Positions 58,064 to 64,000 of a DNA stretch of 64,000 bases are shown piece after piece; positions within the stretch are counted from its first letter, which is position 1, and each line of letters opens with the position of its first letter. This DNA comes from an uncultured Nitrososphaerota archaeon (GTDB lineage Archaea; Thermoproteota; Nitrososphaeria; Nitrososphaerales; Gagatemarchaeaceae). The position numbers and the translations under genes were made by a program. The DNA lies in the NCBI GenBank assembly GCA_963838925.1, contig CAWISW010000003.1, forward strand, positions 512,001-576,000, in the 5' to 3' direction. The notes below the pieces were generated by a model. It was not told where the DNA came from. It made no database searches and saw only the letters and a program-made list of their open reading frames with translations.

Positions 58064-59071
58064 ATGGATGCTGACCAAGAGAGGCCGAGGGCCATCCTTG
58101 TCGAGGACCTCGTGAAGGCGTACTCCCCGGAGATGAGGGCCGTCGACTCGATCTCCTTCTCCGTGGCTTCCGGAGGGATCTTTGGGCTCCTCGGGCCGAA
58201 CGGGGCCGGAAAGACTACGACGATCAAGATGATCACGGGACTCATCAAGCCGACCTCCGGGTACCTCCGCCTGTTCGGAGTCGACGTGGCGAGGTCGCCC
58301 CAAGCTGCAAGGAGGCTAATGGGGTACGTCCCCCAAAACATTTCGGTCGACGGCGACCTCTCCGGATACGAGAACCTCCTGATATTCTCGAAGCTCTCCT
58401 ACGTCGACAGGGCGGTGCGGAAGGAAAGGATAGCCAGCGCCCTGGAGTACGTCGGGCTGAGCGGGAGGGAGAACGAGCTGGTCAAGCACTACTCAGGCGG
58501 CATGATGCGCCGCCTGGAGGTCGCCCAGTCGCTCGTGAACCGGCCCAAGATCCTTTTCCTCGACGAGCCGGCGATAGGCCTCGACCCCGGCTCGAGGAGG
58601 GAGATCTGGGCGAGCATAAGGCAGCTGAGGAAGGACTTCGGGACCACCATATTCATCACCACGCACGACATGAGCGAGGCAGACTATCTCTGCGACCGGG
58701 TGGCGATAATGGACTCTGGCAAGATAGTCGTGATGGGGTCGCCCGAATCGTTGAAGGAGTCCCTGGGCGGCGACATGGTGACCTTCCAGCTCGCGCAACC
58801 GGGCAAGCCGGTAGCCCTGCCCTCAGACCTCGGCCAGCTGGTGCACCAGGACGACTCGACCATAAAGGTCCTCACGCGCGACGGCCCGGAGTCCGCGCCG
58901 AAGATGGTCGTCCTCCTCAAGGACCAGGGGATCGGAATCCAGTCGATGTCGATCGACATACCGAGCCTCGACGACGTCTTCCTGAAGTACACGAAGAAGC
59001 GGCTCGACGAGCACGGGAGCATAGTCGAGGCGAGGGCGGTCCGGAGAAGCATCGCGAGGTACTCCAAATGA
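58064..59071 (+). CDS. ABC exporter ATP-binding protein (DrrA-like)
   Basis: GPNGAGKTT, YSGGM, FLDEP, TTHDM; start inferred. Confidence 0.88.
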   Translation: MDADQERPRAILVEDLVKAYSPEMRAVDSISFSVASGGIFGLLGPNGAGKTTTIKMITGLIKPTSGYLRLFGVDVARSPQAARRLMGYVPQNISVDGDLSGYENLLIFSKLSYVDRAVRKERIASALEYVGLSGRENELVKHYSGGMMRRLEVAQSLVNRPKILFLDEPAIGLDPGSRREIWASIRQLRKDFGTTIFITTHDMSEADYLCDRVAIMDSGKIVVMGSPESLKESLGGDMVTFQLAQPGKPVALPSDLGQLVHQDDSTIKVLTRDGPESAPKMVVLLKDQGIGIQSMSIDIPSLDDVFLKYTKKRLDEHGSIVEARAVRRSIARYSK

Positions 59072-59838
59072 CCCTCGAGGAGAGGGTGTCGAGCGCCCTC
59101 ACGATCGCAGACATGGAGGCGAGGAAGATACACCACGACTCGACCGAGCTCTGGACGAGGCTGGTACAGCCTGCCCTCTGGCTCCTCATCTTCGGGGAGG
59201 TCATGAACGGCATCAGGGGCCTGTCCACGGGCAGCCTGTCCTACATCGAGTTCATCACCCCGGGCGTTCTCGCCCAGTCTGTCCTCTTCGTCGCGATCTT
59301 CTACGGGATAAACATCGTCTGGGAGAAGGACGTCGGCGTCCTCACGAAGCTCCTCTCGACGCCCTCCCCCTACTCGTCCATCGTCGTCGGCAAGGCGCTC
59401 GCGGCGGGCGTGAGGGGCGTCTTTCAGGCGATCATGATCTTCGGGCTCGCCCTGGTCATCGGGGTCAACGTGAGGCTCGACGTGCCCGACGTCGCGGGGG
59501 TCTTCGTGGCCATAGTCGCGTTCGCAATGTGCTTCTCGAGCCTCTCCATGCTCCTCGCGTCCTTCCTCAAGACGAGGGACAGGATGATGGGCATAGGCCA
59601 GCTGATCACCATGCCTCTCTTCTTCGCGAGCAACGCCATCTACCCGCTCTCAATAATGCCCGCGTGGCTCCAATACGTCGCCATGGTGAACCCCGTCAGC
59701 TACACCGTGGACGCGATGCGCGCGATGCTCCTCACGGGGGACTACTCCAACCTCGGAATCGACGTTGCTGCGATCTCGCTCTCGACCGTCGTCTTCGTGG
59801 CGCTCGCCTCGCTCGCGATAAAGCGGATGCTCGAGTGA
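59068..59838 (+). CDS. ABC-2 type permease
   Basis: QPALWLLIFG, PGVLAQ, PLFFASNAIYP, NPVSY. Confidence 0.88.
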   Translation: MTLEERVSSALTIADMEARKIHHDSTELWTRLVQPALWLLIFGEVMNGIRGLSTGSLSYIEFITPGVLAQSVLFVAIFYGINIVWEKDVGVLTKLLSTPSPYSSIVVGKALAAGVRGVFQAIMIFGLALVIGVNVRLDVPDVAGVFVAIVAFAMCFSSLSMLLASFLKTRDRMMGIGQLITMPLFFASNAIYPLSIMPAWLQYVAMVNPVSYTVDAMRAMLLTGDYSNLGIDVAAISLSTVVFVALASLAIKRMLE

Positions 59839-59841
59839 GGG

Positions 59842-60246
59842 CTAGACAATGCCCATTGCCAGGTCGTACCCGATCACGAACACGCCCAGCAGCACGAGGG
59901 CCACTCCTATTGCGATGAAGAACCAGTTGAGGTTCCACCATTCAAGCGGCGTGTAGTTCCTGCCCCGGCCGTCCGGGTTGGCCTCCGTCCCCTTCTCCAG
60001 GCCCCTGGCCAGGAACGGGACGTAGACGTGCTCCTCCCCACGCCTCGCGGCGTCGAAAGCGAAGTCGGCACCCCAGAACCCGAAGGGGATGAGGAACGCT
60101 CCGAGCAGCGACGAGAAGAGGGCCACAAGGAAGAGCAGGAGGCGGTCCGTGTAGACGACCCACGCGAGGAGGTAGAGGCCGCCCACGAAGACGCACAGAG
60201 CGACGGCTAGGAGATACTCGAAGGTGATGTTGAGCTTCTGCGCCAT
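59842..60246 (-). CDS. Hypothetical membrane protein
   Basis: Three hydrophobic segments. Confidence 0.55.
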   Translation of the reverse strand: MAQKLNITFEYLLAVALCVFVGGLYLLAWVVYTDRLLLFLVALFSSLLGAFLIPFGFWGADFAFDAARRGEEHVYVPFLARGLEKGTEANPDGRGRNYTPLEWWNLNWFFIAIGVALVLLGVFVIGYDLAMGIV

Positions 60247-60253
60247 CTGGCGA

Positions 60254-60826
60254 TCATCCCGCTGCCCTTTCGCCCCTGAAGAACACGTGATACCTCACGT
60301 AGTGTAGTATCACCCATGTCAGGAAGTAGGCGATGAAGGCGTCGTAGCTCGTCCACCACTGCTGATATACGAAGAGCACCTGGCCTATCAGGAGCCTCTC
60401 GCCGAGAGCCCCGAAAGCCGCGAAGACCAGGCAGTCGCTAACGGAGTGCCAGAGGTTGAACTTCCTCGGAAGGTAGAGCGCCCACGCAGCCCCCCCGAAG
60501 AACGCTATCCCCATGATCTGCAACGGCACCACCCCGACGTGGAACTCGCTCGTGGTGTACCAGAGCCTCTCGACCCAGCCGGAGTTCTCGAAGATGAAGT
60601 CGAAGATGAGGAGGAACGCCCCCACCTTCAGGGCGCTGGAGATCCTCCCGCGGTTCTCCCTCGCCTCGAGCCCGAACCACACGAGCGCGCTCGCCAGGAT
60701 GACGTACCACGATAGCTGACCCAGTTGGACGTAGACGAGAATCGCCGCGAGAATCACGAAGTAGACCGTGAGGAGCGCCAGTTTTCTGAACTCCCTGGTG
60801 CTCGTGAACCTGCCCGTAGCGGTCAT
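60254..60826 (-). CDS. Hypothetical membrane protein
   Basis: Multiple TM segments; host codon usage. Confidence 0.6.
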   Translation of the reverse strand: MTATGRFTSTREFRKLALLTVYFVILAAILVYVQLGQLSWYVILASALVWFGLEARENRGRISSALKVGAFLLIFDFIFENSGWVERLWYTTSEFHVGVVPLQIMGIAFFGGAAWALYLPRKFNLWHSVSDCLVFAAFGALGERLLIGQVLFVYQQWWTSYDAFIAYFLTWVILHYVRYHVFFRGERAAG

Positions 60827-60990
60827 CCAAGAGGACGAGCCGAAGCGCTCCGCATAAAAGGGCGACGGGCGATTCTCAATTGTGACACCGAACCCTCCAA
60901 TCGCCAGCGGGAGATGATTCAGTTCTTGCGCTTGGGAATCGTCCTCCCGTTTAAGTAGAAGAGCGACCTCTCGGACATACGAAGATAGCT

Positions 60991-61782
60991 TTGCAGTCTA
61001 CAAGTGAATCCGGAAAGGGCGGTAAGGCGTTGGAAGGCAAGATCGCTCTCATAACAGGGGCGGGGTCGGGCGTCGGCAGGGCGACGGCGAACCTGTTCGC
61101 AAAGAACGGATGCGCTGTGCTCGTGGTCGACCTCATCCCCGACAGAGTGAATCAGGTCGTCGCGGAGATCAAGGCTGCTGGAGGGAAGGCGACGGGCATG
61201 GCGATGGACCTCTCGCTCAGGGCCGAGGTCGACCGCATGGTCGACGAGGCGCTGAAGACGCTCGGGAGGGTCGACATACTCTGCAACAACGCGGGCATAA
61301 TGGACGGCGTGAGGCCGGTCGCCGAGACCACCGACGACGTCTGGGAGAAGGTGCTGAGCATCAACCTCAACGCCCCATTCTGGGCGAGCAGGAGGGTCAT
61401 CCCGTCGATGCTCAAGGTGGGAGCCGGGGTCATAATCAACACGTCTTCCGTGGCCGGACTCTTCGGGGGCGTTGCGGGCGCCGCCTACACGGTCTCCAAG
61501 CATGGGCTGATCGGGCTCACCAGGAACATCGCGGCATTCTACGGGACCAAGGGCATAAGGTGCAACGCAATGGTGCTGGGTGCGGTGAACACGAACATCG
61601 GGGTTGGAAGCGGCCAGCCCAGCGCCAGCGGGATGGAGCAACTCGGCAAGGTCGCCGCGATGATTCCAAGGATGGCCGAGCCGGCCGAGATTGCCGAGCT
61701 GGCTCTTTTCCTGGCATCCGCAAAGTCGAGCTACATGAACGGGTCGTGTGTGGTGATCGATGGCGGCTGGACCGTGTTCTAG
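60991..61782 (+). CDS. SDR family oxidoreductase
   Basis: TGAGSGVG, NNAG, YTVSK, DGG. Confidence 0.92.
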   Translation: MQSTSESGKGGKALEGKIALITGAGSGVGRATANLFAKNGCAVLVVDLIPDRVNQVVAEIKAAGGKATGMAMDLSLRAEVDRMVDEALKTLGRVDILCNNAGIMDGVRPVAETTDDVWEKVLSINLNAPFWASRRVIPSMLKVGAGVIINTSSVAGLFGGVAGAAYTVSKHGLIGLTRNIAAFYGTKGIRCNAMVLGAVNTNIGVGSGQPSASGMEQLGKVAAMIPRMAEPAEIAELALFLASAKSSYMNGSCVVIDGGWTVF

Positions 61783-61857
61783 CGCCCATCACCGCTACGA
61801 GACCTGACTCTGAAGACGCGCTTCAGGACTGAAATCGTCGGATCGGCAGCCGCCTCA

Positions 61858-62706
61858 TCAGGCGGGTTGCATCAGGCTCTCGACGAGTCTCGAGATGTCC
61901 ACGATCCTGATCAACCTCGACTTGTATCTTGGTCGGATTGAATTGGTCACAAACACTGCCTTGATGCTGCTACCCTCCAGATCCTTCACGGCGTCGCCTG
62001 AGAAGACTCCGTGAGTCGCGATAACGCTGACTTCCTTCGCCCCCGAGGCGATCAGCCTTTGGCTCGCTTTGATCACAGTTTTCCCTGTAGAGATCATGTC
62101 GTCCACGATGAGCGCCTTCCTTCCCCTGACGTTCCCGACGAGTCTGGTGATTTCGACCTCCTCCATCTCGGGTCTGAACTTCTCCATGTGTGCGAGGGCC
62201 AGGCCGTATCTCTCGCTGACCTTCTTGGCTAGATTCATAGCACCCCTGTCCGGAGCTACCACGACCTCCATCTTCCGTATGACTGCCGAAAACAGGTCTA
62301 TCGGAATCACATCTTCATAGTCCAAGAACTTCCTTATCCTAGTGCTGTGCATGTGAATCACGAAGATTCTCTTCAAGTTGAAGCTCTGAAGTAGGTCAGA
62401 GACCACCTTGGAGGTGAGCGCCTCGCCCTTCTTGACTATCCTGTCCTGCCTCGCGTAGGCGAAGTACGGAATGATCAGGTTCACCTTGGCGCCTCCCCTG
62501 GTCAGCGAGTCGAGCAGGAAAGCCAGTTCCAAGAGGTTGTCGCCAGGCGGCTGGGTGGAAGCAAGCACCCAGACATCCTTGCCTCTCACATCATCTTCCA
62601 CTCTCGAGTATATCTCGCCGTCGCTGAACTTTGTCAGAATGAAGACCCCTTTCTTCGTTTTCATCCTGTTTGCAATGTGCTCCGAGGATCCTGTGTAGAA
62701 GAGCAT
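61858..62706 (-). CDS. prs: Ribose-phosphate pyrophosphokinase
   Basis: FSDGE, PYFAYARQDR, APDRGA, IVDDMISTG, ATHGVF; ATG 62706 inferred. Confidence 0.88.
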   Translation of the reverse strand: MLFYTGSSEHIANRMKTKKGVFILTKFSDGEIYSRVEDDVRGKDVWVLASTQPPGDNLLELAFLLDSLTRGGAKVNLIIPYFAYARQDRIVKKGEALTSKVVSDLLQSFNLKRIFVIHMHSTRIRKFLDYEDVIPIDLFSAVIRKMEVVVAPDRGAMNLAKKVSERYGLALAHMEKFRPEMEEVEITRLVGNVRGRKALIVDDMISTGKTVIKASQRLIASGAKEVSVIATHGVFSGDAVKDLEGSSIKAVFVTNSIRPRYKSRLIRIVDISRLVESLMQPA

Positions 62707-62782
62707 CTGCTTTCTCACCGCCGAGAATCGTCTCCCCGCTTTAAGAGCAACCCCTTCGAATCTGAACTCAAGTAGAGTTGCC

Positions 62783-63313
62783 ATGGCAGAGAAGCAGAAG
62801 GTTCCTGTGAGGAAGGGGCGGAAAGAGCCAACAGCGATTGCGCCGTGGCGTCCCGAAGACTACCAAAGCAGCATGGACCGGATGTTTGGGGACTTCGAGT
62901 CGCGGTTTCAGCGCCTGTTGGCGCCCTTCCCCGCGGGAGGCTGGCTCGGACCGGGAAGGCGCCGGTGGCTGGAGACGCAAGACGTCAGGCTGCCCTACGC
63001 CGACCTAATCGACTCCGGCAAGGAGTACCGCGTAGTGGCCGAGGTTCCGGGCATCCCGAGAGAGAAGCTGGACATAACCGTGACCGACCGAGAGATCAAG
63101 ATCGAAGGCGAGGCGAAGACGGATCTGCGTGAAGAGAAGGAGGGGTTCGTACGCCAAGAGAGAGGCTACTCTAGGGTCTCCAGGAGGCTGGCCTTCCCCG
63201 AACCTGTGGTGGCCGACAAGGCCGAAGCAAGCCTCAACAACGGCGTGCTCGAGGTCAAGGTCCCCAAGAAGACGCCCACAACCTTCGCAAGGCGCAAGGT
63301 AGCCGTCAGATAG
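62783..63313 (+). CDS. Hsp20/alpha-crystallin family protein
   Basis: AEVPG, ERGY....R, ASLNNGVLEVKVPK. Confidence 0.9.
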   Translation: MAEKQKVPVRKGRKEPTAIAPWRPEDYQSSMDRMFGDFESRFQRLLAPFPAGGWLGPGRRRWLETQDVRLPYADLIDSGKEYRVVAEVPGIPREKLDITVTDREIKIEGEAKTDLREEKEGFVRQERGYSRVSRRLAFPEPVVADKAEASLNNGVLEVKVPKKTPTTFARRKVAVR

Positions 63314-63318
63314 CCGAC

Positions 63319-63540
63319 ATGGTCCCGGCAGAGACCGCCAAGGAGTTCCTTAGCTTGGGAGCGGAAGTGAATCCATCAGACGTCCGAAGGGGGAGGAGAA
63401 AGCTCCTCGAAGAGCTTGCGAAGGACCTCGATCCTGCCACTAGGGAAGCCGTCACCAAGCTGTACGAGAACTGGAAGGGACAGGAATCCGAAGAAGAGCT
63501 CAAGAAGCTGCTCCAGAAGCGTCGTCGTTCCCAACCCTGA
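63319..63540 (+). CDS. Small hypothetical protein
   Basis: ORF 5 nt downstream of the hsp20 gene, same strand. Confidence 0.45.
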   Translation: MVPAETAKEFLSLGAEVNPSDVRRGRRKLLEELAKDLDPATREAVTKLYENWKGQESEEELKKLLQKRRRSQP

Positions 63541-63600
63541 AAATCGTGTTGTCTCCTTAAGAGTCCGCGGGGTCAGGTTGTCTCCCGTGTTGGGTGACTA

Positions 63601-64000
63601 GTGGAGTTGACAGGAAAGGGCGCCGGCCTGAGCGGGATCGCAGTGAGCGACGTGAAGGTCGAAGCACGCTCGGTCACTCTTCCCGGAATATTGGCGATGC
63701 CGAAGAAGAATCCGAGGGCGGTCGTCCTGTTCGCGCACGGGAGCGGCAGCAGTCGGCTCAGTCCGAGGAACTCCTACGTCGCGACGGTCCTCCACAAGTC
63801 CGGCTTTGGAACCTTGCTCTTCGACCTGCTCACGAGCAGGGAAGACCTGGTCTACGACAACCGTTTCGACATCAACCTTCTCGCTGAGAGACTGACGGCA
63901 GCCACAGAGTGGCTGCGAGAGCAGAAGGGATTCGCCGACCTCGATGTCGGATACTTTGGCGCAAGCACGGGGGCCGCGGCGGCGCTGCAGGCTTCGGTCG
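63601..64000 (+). CDS. Dienelactone hydrolase-like alpha/beta hydrolase, partial (runs off window)
   Basis: Hand translation: VVLFAHGSGSSRLSPRN, LFDLLT, GYFGASTGAAAAL. Confidence 0.85.
   Translation, partial: MELTGKGAGLSGIAVSDVKVEARSVTLPGILAMPKKNPRAVVLFAHGSGSSRLSPRNSYVATVLHKSGFGTLLFDLLTSREDLVYDNRFDINLLAERLTAATEWLREQKGFADLDVGYFGASTGAAAALQASV

Overview
High-GC archaeal chromosome segment. The archaeal rpl3-rpl4-rpl23-rpl2-rps19 genes, BHB-type tRNA introns and TATA-like promoters are read from the sequence; a non-ammonia-oxidising Nitrososphaerota/Thaumarchaeota-like host is an inference. The core carries housekeeping genes: glutamate synthase subunits, pdaD, ppa, fhs, hmgA, a purD-like gene, htpX, hsp20 and prs. 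Five tRNAs (Ala-GGC, Gly-GCC, Val-GAC, Ala-TGC, Ile-GAT) all carry introns at non-canonical positions. Two mobile structures stand out. (1) A ~1.25-kb free-standing LAGLIDADG homing-endonuclease element has inserted into the 3' end of hmgA. It supplies a divergent replacement C-terminus, and the original 41-codon gene end is left stranded downstream. (2) A ~17.5-kb tandem array of cargo segments (14843-32362) is anchored at the 3' end of tRNA-Ala(GGC). The segments are delimited by progressively decayed copies of the tRNA 3' end, each with helically phased short repeats, and no integrase is recognisable. A 24-bp copy of the 5' end of the same tRNA brackets a nuclease-like ORF on the other side. 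No CRISPR array or rRNA was seen. All product calls come from motif recognition by eye, not from database searches.
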